A DNA stretch of 46,468 nucleotides from Craspedostauros australis (Eukaryota): positions 1 through 46,468 of the forward strand of contig JALAGF010004432.1 in the NCBI GenBank assembly GCA_030167865.1, given 5' to 3'. A program made the translations under genes and the position numbers. Shown here in pieces: positions 1 through 12,120 of this stretch (position 1 is the stretch's first letter; every line of letters starts with the position of its first letter). A model generated the notes under the pieces. The model searched no databases, was not told the origin of the DNA, and saw only the letters and a list, made by a program, of their open reading frames with translations.

Positions 1-84
1 ACTCACTCACTCACTCACTCACTCACTCACTCACTCACTCACTCACTCACTCACTCACTCACTCACTCACTCACTCACTCACTC
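1..84. repeat. (ACTC)n tetranucleotide microsatellite, ~21 copies, truncated by the window edge; probably intronic in the P4H gene
   Basis: Perfect ACTC run from base 1, ending 80 bp before the splice acceptor at 163-164. Confidence 0.95.
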
Positions 85-164
85 TCTGTCTGCCATTTGA
101 AATCACATCGGTTTGCGAACGTGCCGCACCATACCGTTCCGGACCATCCCGGGGCATACCGTAG

Positions 165-1098
165 GTACCGACGCAACGAGAAGTTCACCTGGCATCTAGA
201 TGCGCTGTCGCCCACCGAATCCACCCCAGATCTCGGAGGACAACGTGTTGCCACCTTGCTCGTGTATCTCACAGATTTGACCGAAGACGAAGGAGGAGCG
301 ACAATGTTCCGCGATCTCAAATTGGAGGGCAAGGAGGAATTCCTCAGAGTGTGAGTTTCTTTATTGTTCCACATCGGGGGGCGGATGGATCACTCTTGGC
401 GATCCCCTCCTGGAGTGGTTGTTCATTCATGGCGCTCGCTCGTTGTGTTCGCTCGTTCCATGACTTCTGTGTTTGCTCGTGCGAACTATTCCATCATCTG
501 TCCATTGATGCTCTCGAGCATGAGCACTCGTACAGTGAAGAACAGTTGTCTCACCTTGAGTCAGCCCAGACAGCATCCAAGACATCGCCGACGAAGGCAC
601 TTGTCGACTGCGCATGGTCCACAGCATGCAAGCATGTACGCTCTCGTGATGTTGCTGATCGTATTCCTGATCTTCGGTTTTTTCTGTTTCCACTCTTGAC
701 CTCTCGATGACCCATCCTGCGGTCGCCACTGATGCACTGTGTTCGTTTTGATGTTCTCTGGTGACGCTGACTCTTGCATTTGCATCAAAAATCTCCCTTT
801 CTCTCCCATACTCTTGCGGATGTACTGCCATACTCATCCACAACTGCACGCTAAACGCAGACAACCAAAGAAGGGATCCGCCCTTCTCTTCTTTCCGGCC
901 GCCGGTGCTATCCCCAACACGCCGTTTGATGTCAGAACCTTGCATTGCGGCGAGGCTGTTTCATCAGATTCGAAGCACGACAAATGGATTACGCAGCTTT
1001 GGCTGAGAGAGTCCACATACAAACCAACCGCACCCGTCGGTAATACGCACGATGGTGCACGTTCGGCAATCGAAGAGTACTGCAGCAGGTCATCGTAG
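165..1098 (+). CDS. Prolyl 4-hydroxylase-like 2OG-Fe(II) dioxygenase, 5'-partial; exons 165-350 and 861-1098
   Basis: The first visible exon encodes RYRRNEKFTWHLD (HxD) and GGQRVATLLVYL...GGATMF. The phase-2 intron 351-860 (GTGAGT...CAG) joins GT+A to give LRVQPKKGSALLFFP, followed by the distal RTLHCGEAV and KWITQLW. These are the canonical P4H catalytic motifs. Confidence 0.9.
351..860 (+). other. Spliceosomal intron (510 bp) in the P4H gene
   Basis: Donor GTGAGT at 351, branch-like GCTAAA near 850-855, acceptor CAG at 858-860. Removal restores the conserved frame. Confidence 0.88.
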
Positions 1099-1411
1099 AC
1101 GGTAATCTGGAGCGGAAGAACACTCCCAAATTGGTCGAGTTGCGCCCAAGATTGAGCTCGGATGCGCTTGGAGTACCTGGTACCCTACCAAACACACTCT
1201 ACTGATATATTTAAACGCATAGTCTTGAGTGAGTACGAGCAACTTGATCTCACGCCCGTTTGCGTTGATGCAGTCGTGTTCCGACGACAGAACCTGCAAC
1301 ACAGAACAAGAGGCGCCAAAAAACACCCAACGAGCAACAACATCTACGAGCTGCACTACGATGCTGTTAGAAATGCTCTCCGGGAGTACCGACATTGGCA
1401 GCAGGATCCAT

Positions 1412-1458
<47 letters not shown>
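1412..1458. repeat. (GTTGCC)7+ hexanucleotide microsatellite
   Basis: Direct reading; explains the CRCR/ATAT/VAVA/QRQR runs in overlapping spurious ORFs. Confidence 0.9.
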
Positions 1459-3052
1459 TGTCGTTGTTGGAAGAGAAGAGTACTGTACGAGCTTCTCCTC
1501 TCCTCCAATCGCATGGTATTGCCGTGGCATGGTGACGCTCCGACAGATGTCGCCGAGCTCATTCTGATTGGAGTTGGCGGCGAGCTCTTGTTCCCTGCTG
1601 TCGATCGTGAGCCCACAACAAGCGTCTCACTCATGGCTCCTGGTTTACTGGCAGTTCGTCGCATCGCTGGTCGACAGGCGGAGACGAGACGAGAGTTTCC
1701 GCCACAACAACACCACACTCACGCAGCGCTTCTGCCGACTTGTTCTCTCTCTTGTCGTCGCCGAATCGTCGCTTCACATGCTGTTGGCTTGCGTTCTGGG
1801 GTTCTTAGCTAGCGCTGGGCATTGCTTGGCTTGCGCCTCAAACGAAGCCCAGGATCACAGGAATGCTGTTGTTTTTCTCAATCCCCACCGCCCTCATCTG
1901 TCACTTCCTGTCTTGCACTGTCCCGTTCTGGGGTTTCCTGTGACCTTCCCCTTCTTGCGTATGCATGCCCTGTGTGCAGAAGGGTGCGTATGAGCTATCC
2001 GTCTGTAGAACAGAGTGCGAGTATCTTGGGATAAAAAGGTATCGCGATGAGTGAGATGCCGCTGGGAATCTTGAGATGTGTCTTGCCTCTTGTTTTGTCT
2101 CGCTGAACTGCTGACACAAAATGTGCGTGTCTGTGGGCGGCGCTGTTCATCGTTGATCCAATGCAGTTTGTTGGAGCATCGTTCTTGATGGCCCAATGCC
2201 ACTTTTTGGAGACGTCTCTGGTTTGCGTGTGCTATTCGGTGATGAGTTGGATGTTACTCGTGCTGCGTGACTGTCAGCACGTCTGCCAGGATTTGGCTGG
2301 GGAGGCGCAAGTGCCCTCCAGACCCACTCCATTAACGGATCGGCGTGAACAATCTCTGCCCAGCCAGGCGGGACGAGCTTCGTGACGCTTCCACGCTCCA
2401 ATGACCGGTGTGCTCCCGTGACCAGGTCTAAGTGGCTCATTTCATCATTTGTGCCAAGCGCAAAAACGGGTTTGCTGCTTTGACACCAACAGACACCATC
2501 AATGGCATAGCAATGTCCTTCCGCGCGGCTCCAACGCTCCAACAAATATACTGTTCATGACGTGTACGACATTTTCTCCATTCGATAGCGGCTAAAATAG
2601 TAGCTACTTAATGAAGCTGCGAGCCAATCCTGACAGAATCAGCAAAATCGGGTTTACATCGCAGTACCGATTGCGGACGCTATTTTGACAAGGACAAACC
2701 AAAATCCCGGCCTCCATCAACTCATATTTCCGGATTCGAGGAGGTCTCATCACACACGCACACACCACCACACATCAGGTCCAGCAAAAGCAACCGCAAC
2801 AGAAACCAACCAATCTGCCGCACACACAAGCACAAGCACATGCACAACCGCAACGATCATCCATACACCAAGCAAAGATCCTGAAGCCAACAGCCATCAC
2901 CATCCATCATCGATCCAACACCGAACAAACGCTGAGACATCAAGTCCACATTCAACTCAACACCATCTCCAAGATCACCTAACTCAAGCACAATCGCAAC
3001 CATTACCACCATCACCCCCATCACGAGCAACCACAACCGCAACCGCAACGTC

Positions 3053-4375
3053 ATGTGTTCAGGACCATCGCGAAGCGCCAGTGCAACCGCCCCGAAGAAG
3101 GGCAAGAAGAAGCGCGCAGGATCCGAGTCTCAATTTCCTGGAAAGCTGCATGACATGATGGAGTTCATCTCCCGCGAAGGTCTGGAGGACGTTGTGACAT
3201 GGGTGAATGGCGGAACCGGCTTCGTCGTCGTGGATTCGGACAAGTTGGTGGAGCTCCTGCCACGATTCTTCAGCCAGACGAAGTACCGCAGCTTCCAGCG
3301 TCAGCTCAACATGTGGCACTTTCAGCGCATCTTGGACGGCCCACACAGAGGCGGATGGAAACACCCGTACTTCCTCCAGAACAAGCGTTCACTCTGCCGA
3401 TACATGAGCCGCGACTTGATGAAGATCCCAAGCAAGGCGTTCGTCATGAAGCAGCAAATGCAGCTGGAGATGCAGCAGCTCGCACAACAGCAGATGGCTT
3501 CCCAACCATTCATGCAGCAGCAGCAGCAGCAGCAACCACGCCCGCAGACGCAGATGTCGGGATGCGGTACTGATGCCTCGTGCAATTCCGGATTTGTGAT
3601 GCCAACAGCGCCGGTGTCCGTCAGCGCACTGCCATACAAGACCATGTTCCAGTCCAGACAGACACATGAGCTCTTGGATGCTGCTGCATTGATCAGCCAG
3701 GCTCCGTTCGAGCCAACTCCAATAGAGCAAATGAAGCCAGCAAGCCTCGCACATCTTGGCCACTTGCTTCAGGATACCGAGATCATGTCCTTCGGCGGGC
3801 GCAACTTCCATTGCGTCGATGACAACAACAACAACAACAACAGCAACACTACAAACATCGGCAACAGCAGCGACAACACGACGAGCCACCAGGCACAGTC
3901 ACAGTCACAGCGCGCTCAGCACAGTTGCAGTGGATCGCCATCTACTCACCTCAACCAGCCAGACGTGCCAACAGAGTTCTCAGTGGCGAATCTGCTATTC
4001 AGCGGAAACATGACTGACTTCACCGCGCTCGACTTCGACTTTGATGATGACAACAACGACAACGACACCGCCACCAACATCTGCAGCAGCAGTGCGACTA
4101 CCGCCTTCCGCGCAAACCCCAGCAGCCGCGGTCCTTTGGATGCTTCTATCTCGACACATACCAGAGCCGTCGGACCTCGGCCGGCCAGCGTCGTCAGCGA
4201 CAACATCGGAAGCTCCAGCAACACCAACAGCGAGCCAACCATGCTTGGCAGCGATGTCACCGTTTCATCAGCACAGCAAATGGCTATGCACGGCGCTGCG
4301 AACAAGGCCCAAAGTGACCAGTTGACGCACTACATCCAAAGCCTTGGGGGTACGGATGACTTTGCTTTCACCTGA
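3053..4375 (+). CDS. Heat shock transcription factor (HSF DNA-binding domain), 440 aa
   Basis: FPGKLHDMM...VVTWVNGGTGFVVVD...LLPRFFSQTKYRSFQRQLNMWHF...WKHPYF is an HSF winged-helix domain. It is preceded by a basic NLS-like PKKGKKKR and followed by a poly-Q/poly-N low-complexity tail. Confidence 0.93.
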   Translation: MCSGPSRSASATAPKKGKKKRAGSESQFPGKLHDMMEFISREGLEDVVTWVNGGTGFVVVDSDKLVELLPRFFSQTKYRSFQRQLNMWHFQRILDGPHRGGWKHPYFLQNKRSLCRYMSRDLMKIPSKAFVMKQQMQLEMQQLAQQQMASQPFMQQQQQQQPRPQTQMSGCGTDASCNSGFVMPTAPVSVSALPYKTMFQSRQTHELLDAAALISQAPFEPTPIEQMKPASLAHLGHLLQDTEIMSFGGRNFHCVDDNNNNNNSNTTNIGNSSDNTTSHQAQSQSQRAQHSCSGSPSTHLNQPDVPTEFSVANLLFSGNMTDFTALDFDFDDDNNDNDTATNICSSSATTAFRANPSSRGPLDASISTHTRAVGPRPASVVSDNIGSSSNTNSEPTMLGSDVTVSSAQQMAMHGAANKAQSDQLTHYIQSLGGTDDFAFT

Positions 4376-7300
4376 GACATACCCACGGCGGCGGGTACTT
4401 GCGACAGCACTGCCAAACTGACGATCCGCAACAGTCGTTGCAAAACAGCAGCGGCAATAGCAGCAGCAATACCAATGACCAACATTGACGACGAACGATG
4501 GTCGGGTCTACCATTAACTGGTGGGCACCGCAATAGCATCATGCTGTCCAATGCTATTCTACAACTCTCCACACCCCAGTGCCAGTCAACAAAGATGCAC
4601 AATAATGTATGGTATATAATAGGATTATATTACACAAACAATAGAGAGTGGTCGACAAGGCGACAGTAGCAACAGCATCGTCATCGGCAACAGAAGGTGC
4701 AGCAGCATGTCCGACTGCAATGCCGGTACCCACGAATAGGAGTAGTCGTATGACAGTGCAAGTATATCCGCACCTGACACAGACGGTTGTGTTCTGTCAC
4801 TGTTGCTATCGCCGTCCATGTCGCCTGCTCGATTCCTGTTGTTCCTCCGCCGTACCTCACTCCAACATGTCTCTCATGCATTCGCCGTCCTCAGCAACAT
4901 CCATAACCATAATCGCCGCAATTGCTGTGACCTTGGAGAAGCGCCAACTCAACCAACCGCATTCAACCGCGTGCGGCCGCGCACACAGCTCATCCTCGTG
5001 CGATACGATAGCATGGGCCTGACAAGGCACGTCGCACGACGAACAAAGTGCGACGCTCGGCGCAGGAGGACAGTCAGGGACAGCCAAAAACGGAGGTACC
5101 TGAGCGCGCTCTGCTCGTGGCATTCTATCCGTATCGGAACACCGTCGTGGTGAAGAGCAGAGTATTCCACTCGAAACGGGTTTGTCGGGAACGTTGACGT
5201 CTGCTCCTTCCGTTCGCCACCTCTCCCGCGCCAACAGGCACGGTTTTGGTTCCGTTCTTGTTGCGGTTCGGGATCGTTGGCACTATTTTGTGCTCCTTTG
5301 TTGATTTGTGTGCTGGTTGCGCCTTCGTTTGGACCAGGCACCTTGGTTGTTCTCTTGACAACAAACTTTTATCTTCCGAAATGGACGGACCACCACCCGG
5401 AGCCCCAAACTGTATGAAGCATTCGATGTGATTTTGGATTTATGTTTTCCACCTCCACTTGAGTACTGGAAAGTACAAAAAGTCCTCCGCAGAGAGGTAT
5501 TCGTCGCAAAACAACTGCTTGACATGTGCGTCCCGAGACACGCAGACACTGCCCAGTCGGGACTGGGCCAAACGAGGCAACGCCCAGCTTTGGCGAACCT
5601 CGATTTCAATCGCTCCTGGACGCTCGCGAGACAAGCTTAGTACCTCTGAGGACGTCATGTTCATCGATTTTCTGTGTTGGTCCAAGTTCTACGAGTATTT
5701 TGACCATTTCCGCTACCCGCGGTGACAACGTTCTGACTCTTGTGATTGCGGTTCTGAGGCAGAATGAAGGATGCAATTTCAATCACAATCTTGGCTTTGA
5801 TTGTTTTCTGCATCGCTCGCAACGGCACGTGGAGGAACAACTGCCTGTAGCCTCCTCTGTTCCACATCCCAGCTGGCGCTCGTGTCGTGGCCTGACGGCA
5901 CTTTAGTTCTTGTGTGGACATGGTTGTGTTTGAGGTGGCAGATTAGTTGTGATCGTGATCGTCGACGCAACCACGCTTTTGCACGAAGAATTGCAGTTGA
6001 AGTTCTGGCTTCGTTCACTGGCGATGGTGACGGTTGTGGTTGTGGTTGTGGTTGCAACAACATACCTCCTCTTTCCCTCAACAGACAAACAAGGATACGA
6101 ATAGAAATGCCCTCGGAAGGACACTCTAACGGTAAATGGAATTGCTCTTCTCCACACGGAATCACGGTTGCGTCTCCTCGTCGTCACCATCACAAGCCCA
6201 GACAAGAGGAAGTAGTGTGCCAATAGAGTACATGCCATCACATGTGTGGTGCTATTTGTCGCCTGCGCTTGGGACATCTGGCATGCATCGTTGCTTCACC
6301 CAAAGACCTATCACACGATCATACGTTGGCCAGTATCGAATGGTACGATCCACTCCACGAGTAGAAGGCCCATTGTGGCATCGGGCGATGCTCTTCTGTG
6401 ATGGCTATTTGGAGACATGTTTTCCGAGCTTCACTCCTGCAGATCCTCCTGTGATGCCACAAATAAATGCCAGGCTCTCTGGAACAATCACCATTCTGAG
6501 CGCAACACTTTCACTCCGAGACATATCGCCCGCTGAGGGCGACGAGTACGAGCCCTTCGCAGGCGCAGAACGGCATCGAAGCTGATCCCACGCAGAAGAC
6601 GCAAGGGAAGCACAGACGCAACAGAAACGGAGTCCACGAAGGAGGTTCCGAATGGAGGAACAGCTCACGAATACGAGCCGCTCGGTCGCAAAGGGCAAGA
6701 CGAAGCGAGACTCTGGATGGTGCGGCTCTGTCCTATTCATTTTTTCGTGGCTTCTGCCTGGCCAAAGTCCCAAAATTTGATGTGGATGGAGAAGGGGAGA
6801 GAGAAAAATGGGAGGTAAACTGTCATGTCATTTCGGGGCGAACACACACGAGGTTCGTTTCGAAGGCGTCGCGTTCACATGTGTGATGCACCTGCAGTCA
6901 CAGATCAAGGCTCCATGCTCCACTGTCAAACCCCATGTGGTGCCCCCCAAACCGTTGCCAGCTTGGACGGTGGACGCGACGAGGCAGCCTGCCACCACCC
7001 CAGCATCCAATTGATTTGTGACGAAGATTTGTCGCACGGCTGTGTTGACGAACAGGGCGCTTGTATCCAGAGCGATTCGTGGATAGTGCTCTCCGGATGT
7101 TCGTGCCAACCCGCCAATCGCAGCTGCGCCAAGTACGAACACAATTGCTCTCAATTCATCGTGCTTGCGTGGCTTGTGGTTGAACAACCTAAGTGAACCG
7201 AGGCGGAATGCTACTCTGCAGATTGAAATGAGGGCACGAACGCAGGCGCGGCCCACGGAAAGGCAGGCCTTGCTCTTGTGTTGATAGAAGCACATGTGCC

Positions 7301-9314
7301 GCGACAGGTCATTTCCATGCTTCTTTGGTGTTGAGTTGGTTGCACGATCGTGTCGCTGGCGTGTCCTCCCTCTTCAATTGTGTTAGCACAGCACAATGCG
7401 TTTTACACCACTGCGGAATTGGTGTGCTCCAACAGTTTACGACGTCGCTGGCGTCAGCAGCGTCAAGCAGCCAAACTTATGTAGCACTCGCGCTCGTACG
7501 AATGGCACAAACAGACAGGGGGCTCTTCAAATTTGTCGTCCAGCTTCCACCTGTCTCTTGCTTCTATCACAGGTCGCGGTCTACCCTTCCACATGTTTGT
7601 TTGCGAGGGGCTGCTTCATGAACGGAGCCATGCTTTGCCATGCAATACCAAGCGTAATCTATTATACTAGTGTTGTTTACTGCTGCTCCATACAACACTT
7701 CAGTTGGCACAACAGAGTGTAGCCTAACATGCTCCGAGTAATAGGTGTTCTGCTGATGGCTCCGGTTTGCCGCGTGTACACATGCGGTTTTACTCCAGAA
7801 AGCACGGTGTGACTCCGCTCCTTCTTCTGTGAACTATCACGGTTATGCAAATGGCAAGTTCAACCGTTCCCGATTAGTTGCTTTCCTCTCCTGTGTCGCA
7901 ATTCTGCAACGACCTGTCACGCTGTTGCGTGGATCCAGGCAACACCAACACTGTGCAACACACCGGACAACGACGACCAATACGCCAAATCCTGATGATA
8001 AAACTACCTGTGTGACATTCCTGGTGTTCGTTGCTGTTCACGCGATTATGCCTTGTTGTATGTACATCGTGTCCATTCGGTATTCACCATCAATGCACAT
8101 TTAAGCAAAATAGGCGTGTAAATCTGGCACCCTGCTCAGAAGTGAAAAAGCGGGTTCGGCCGGATCTTTCCATTCATTCACAACAATTGAGGATTCCTCG
8201 TCGTGTCGCTGGCTGAGTCGCAATCACCAGACGCAGACAGAGTTCTCTCCTTTGTCGGAATTGGGTACGCACTGAAGCAACAGCCACAGAGACACCGGCA
8301 GCAACAACGGTAGCAGCAGTGGTCGTAACAGCGAAAGCCAGAACGACAGTGATAACGATGTTCGCCTTCGACACACAACAGAGGCGCACATCGCGCTGCG
8401 TGGATCCCACGTACCTCACTCGCGCGGCGATGCGACGTCCACCACGCCTGAATGCTCGTACCACTTGTTGTGAACATCTACCTTGTATGCACACACTTAC
8501 GGTACCCGCATTTGTGGGGGTACTCGTACCCCGCGCGGTTGTTGGGCAGAGGCACACCATGCTCGCACGGATACGAGCCAACACTTCGTCCAAGGGGGAC
8601 CACGCTCGTCCCCGCAGCCGCACGCCACAACCAGCTGACAAGGCGACCTCGATTCGCTTCGTCGTTGGTCACACGGCTCCAAACAGTTAGCCAAAGGCGA
8701 CCCGTTCCGCCCCTCCATTTCACGCCACAAATCTAATTTCTGACAATGGAAGGCAAAGCAAGCCAAGACCCCTCTCCCGTGACAAGACCAACGCCCACAC
8801 AAAAAACAACTCGCAACAACATCCAAACAGCGTACTCGAACTGGCCTCTCGTCGTTCTCTCCCTCCTTCCTGCGAAAACAAGACCAAAGCAACACACCAA
8901 AAACAAACACACCCAAGATCACAAACAAGACACTGCCCAAGACACACACGCACGCACACACAACAACAACGCAACATCATCATCATCATCATCGCTAGCA
9001 ACATCGTACAAGTAGTCTGCTTTTTCTTCCACTACTACTTCATCATCATCGTCAACATCAACATCATCTTTTGCCGGCTACTTGCTCCTCCCTTTCCTTC
9101 TCCTTGCCATTACGGATACCGACGTTGGTAACAACAAGAGGAAGAGAAACGATCTTCACTCCGTGACGAGCACAACCAATCATCCACCACAACTCTGATC
9201 AACATACCTGCTGTCGTCAGCTTCAACCACTGTCAAGACCAGCGCTTCATCTTCATCTTCACGTACACATACACCTGCCAATTGTACCATTAAACTTCAA
9301 CCAAGCCAGTCATC

Positions 9315-10826
9315 ATGACAGCCCGTCCCTTGGAACAGACAATGAGTTCTCACAAAATGATCACGAGGACCAACAAGGCAGTAACAAGGACAACCGCAAA
9401 TCCAGCTGCCACTGCTACACGTACGAGTACTTCCACTGTATCCAAGATAGAGCGCAACCTGCAGTCACGAGTAGCCCAAGGAAATAAGCGCCCTATTACC
9501 AAAAACAGCAGAAACGGCAAGCACAACAAGCCCACAGCAACAAGCAACAGCCCCAGCAGCAGCACTACCACCACTACCATCGCCAACATCATCGCACAGA
9601 AAGCAACGAAGTATTCCCTCAAAAAGACTAGCAAGAAGCGCAAGTTCAAGATGCGGCCAGGTAACTTCATCGACAAGCTCCATCTCATGATGGAATACGC
9701 TGAACAGCACCATCTGGACTCAGTCATCGCATGGGTCCACTACGGCAAGGCCTTTGTCATCCATGACCCCGACCGGCTGGTTGAGATCCTCCCGCTGTTC
9801 TTCGACCTCACCAAGTACCGATCGTTCCGCAGGCAGCTATGCATGTGGCACTTCAAGAGAGTCCTTGCCGGCAGCCTCAAGGGAGCCTTCTACCACCCGT
9901 TCTTCCTCCAGGGCCAGCCCTCGGCGTCCCTCAACAAGTCCAGGAACGCTTTCAAGGATGCCATCGCCGACAAGAACTGCAGGATGTTCATGAAGGACCA
10001 TCTGCCTCAGCCTTCTGCCATCCTCAGCCTCGGCAACGCCAAGGCCGGGACCAGGACCAAGACCAAGACTGCTACCACTACCAGCACGATCACTAGCAGT
10101 AGTGACATCGATGGAATCACCGATGAGAACAGCAAGAGCGAGGTTAGCAGCAAGAAGCTAGAGCCTACGAAGTCCCGGAACTCCACCAGGCACACAGCCA
10201 AGACCATGCTGGTCGGAAGTACCAGACTTGCGCCCTGGTGCGGACCTGATGGTGCCTCCAGCTCCAGCTCCCGCAAATGGAGCTCGGTGCCTCCCAAGTT
10301 TGACTTATCATCGTTTGACTACCAGCCAGTCCCTCTGAAATCACTGGCATCGTGGAGCTCAATGACATCCACCCTTTCAGCGCTGGACGATGTCCTAGCC
10401 ACGAAGGACAACGGCATGGATGAGTCCATGCCAAGCATCATGCCACAAACCTCAGCTGAATCTTCGGCCCTTCCATCAGGATCTCTATCTTCCTTCAGCG
10501 ACGTTGTCTCATATCTTTCGACTGATATGTTCGAGCTGGATGACGAAGCTTCACTTCCTTGTGATACCTCCGATCTTGAGCTCCCAGCCACGGACATGGA
10601 TCTCTCAGCAGACTCTGCAGAACCTCCATCGCGAGCACCGCTATCAGCAGTGACTGGGGCAACGGATGCAGCAGCGGAAGCAGCTGAGATTGAAGGTGAT
10701 GTCGACGAGGCGGCAGATATGGCCTTGATGTCAGAGACCATGACTTGCCCGATATTGGAGGCCATTTTTGCGGATGGGGATCTGCTTGGCTTCGAGGGGA
10801 GGCAGTTTTACTATGTCGAACCTTAG
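9315..10826 (+). CDS. Heat shock transcription factor (HSF DNA-binding domain), 503 aa; paralog of 3053-4375
   Basis: FIDKLHLMM...VIAWVHYGKAFVIHD...ILPLFFDLTKYRSFRRQLCMWHF...FYHPFF. Ser/Thr-rich flanks and an acidic C-terminus. The exact start Met is uncertain. Confidence 0.92.
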   Translation: MTARPLEQTMSSHKMITRTNKAVTRTTANPAATATRTSTSTVSKIERNLQSRVAQGNKRPITKNSRNGKHNKPTATSNSPSSSTTTTTIANIIAQKATKYSLKKTSKKRKFKMRPGNFIDKLHLMMEYAEQHHLDSVIAWVHYGKAFVIHDPDRLVEILPLFFDLTKYRSFRRQLCMWHFKRVLAGSLKGAFYHPFFLQGQPSASLNKSRNAFKDAIADKNCRMFMKDHLPQPSAILSLGNAKAGTRTKTKTATTTSTITSSSDIDGITDENSKSEVSSKKLEPTKSRNSTRHTAKTMLVGSTRLAPWCGPDGASSSSSRKWSSVPPKFDLSSFDYQPVPLKSLASWSSMTSTLSALDDVLATKDNGMDESMPSIMPQTSAESSALPSGSLSSFSDVVSYLSTDMFELDDEASLPCDTSDLELPATDMDLSADSAEPPSRAPLSAVTGATDAAAEAAEIEGDVDEAADMALMSETMTCPILEAIFADGDLLGFEGRQFYYVEP

Positions 10827-11875
10827 TTGATATCGAGACTGTACGCACAGTCCATGGCCTTTCAGCATGACGCCAAGAGGAAGAAGGACCATACGAGCAC
10901 ACCGAAACATCTGCAGCTGTATCTGCATCTGCACCAGTGCGATACGTGCGATACAATTGATGCATCTGTATCTGCGTGCTTGTCGCATCCTAGAGGCCTG
11001 ATCGTTGGGAGATCTGATTATACTCTACATCACATTACAGTACATTTCATAATACATCAAATACACACACTTGCAACTAAATGTACAGGCCTCATGCACT
11101 GTATTGCGTCCTGACGAGGGATGGAATATTCACGAAGAGCACAGCCTCACCGGTTCCGAATCAAGGTCGAGTGCTACACAGTATCTTCTATATCAGTTGG
11201 ACTCATCGCGCGGGAGCTGGTCACACTCCATACCGAACTGCAAAGGCCGCCATGTCGGAAGTGAGAAGGTTCAGAAGGATCGGAAAGACCGAAGGAAGAC
11301 TATGTGATGAGCAGGTCGAGAGAGAAGCATGAGAAAGAACGGAAGCAACGATAGCCAGCGATTGAGTTGGAGATGAAGGTTTGCAGCTGGGGAACAGCTT
11401 TCCCCCTTGCAAGCATCCATTGCATGTACTTGTACACCAGGCTTCAGGTGGACACTGCCAACCCTCAATGGATATCGCATGAGGATCATAACATCGTCAA
11501 TGGGACTGTACTTTGGCGCGACATATGTGCCAACTCTCCAGCCACCTCCACAATAGTCATCAACCTGTCCTAGCAACATCTTATTCAATACAGAGCAGCG
11601 CAACCAGCCTCCCTTTCGCAATTCACCATCAGCAGCACGAACAATAGGATCAGCATCAGCATCAATGTCAATGTCAACGTCAACCTCCGGGCTGCCGTGA
11701 GCAATAGAAGGTCAGCACGACCATCAGCCGCTACAATCGACCAGGAAAGAAGCGCTGCGACCACGAGCAAAGGGATGGCTATCTCCAAGATCGTAGCAAC
11801 TGTATCGTTCTTAGGGCATGGTCAATCTCACGATCAAGGCCAGCCAACACTCGCAGCAGAAGCGGGATGACCAGC

Positions 11876-11961
11876 ATGATGTTCATGATGCTCATGATGC
11901 TCATGATCATCATCATGATCATGATCATCATCATGATCATGATCATCATCATGATCATCAC
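11876..11961. repeat. CAT/GAT compound trinucleotide repeat, partly self-complementary
   Basis: CATGATGTT CATGATGCT CATGATGCT CATGATCATCAT (CATGATCATGATCATCAT)2 CATGATCATCAC. Confidence 0.85.
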
Positions 11962-12070
11962 CAACATCGATCGCTGACAGGATAGATGGGGTGTTCCATT
12001 GTTGGGGTGGACACTGCGGATGCAAGAGACCCGCATGCACTGCTCCAATACTCCAGAGGCAGAGATAGCG

Positions 12071-12120
12071 AGACAGAGAGAGAGACAGAGAGAGAGAGAG
12101 AGAAGGAAGAAGAGAAGAAA
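12071..12120. repeat. (AG)n / purine-rich tract
   Basis: Direct reading. Confidence 0.8.

Noticed and set aside
1-84. Terminal (ACTC)n as a telomere
   Set aside because: It is not a TTAGGG-like unit, and it lies directly upstream of an internal exon whose gene must continue beyond the window edge.
1090-2545. ORFs with CRCR/ATAT/QRQR runs
   Set aside because: They are products of the (GTTGCC)n microsatellite, with no domain or coding-like codon bias.
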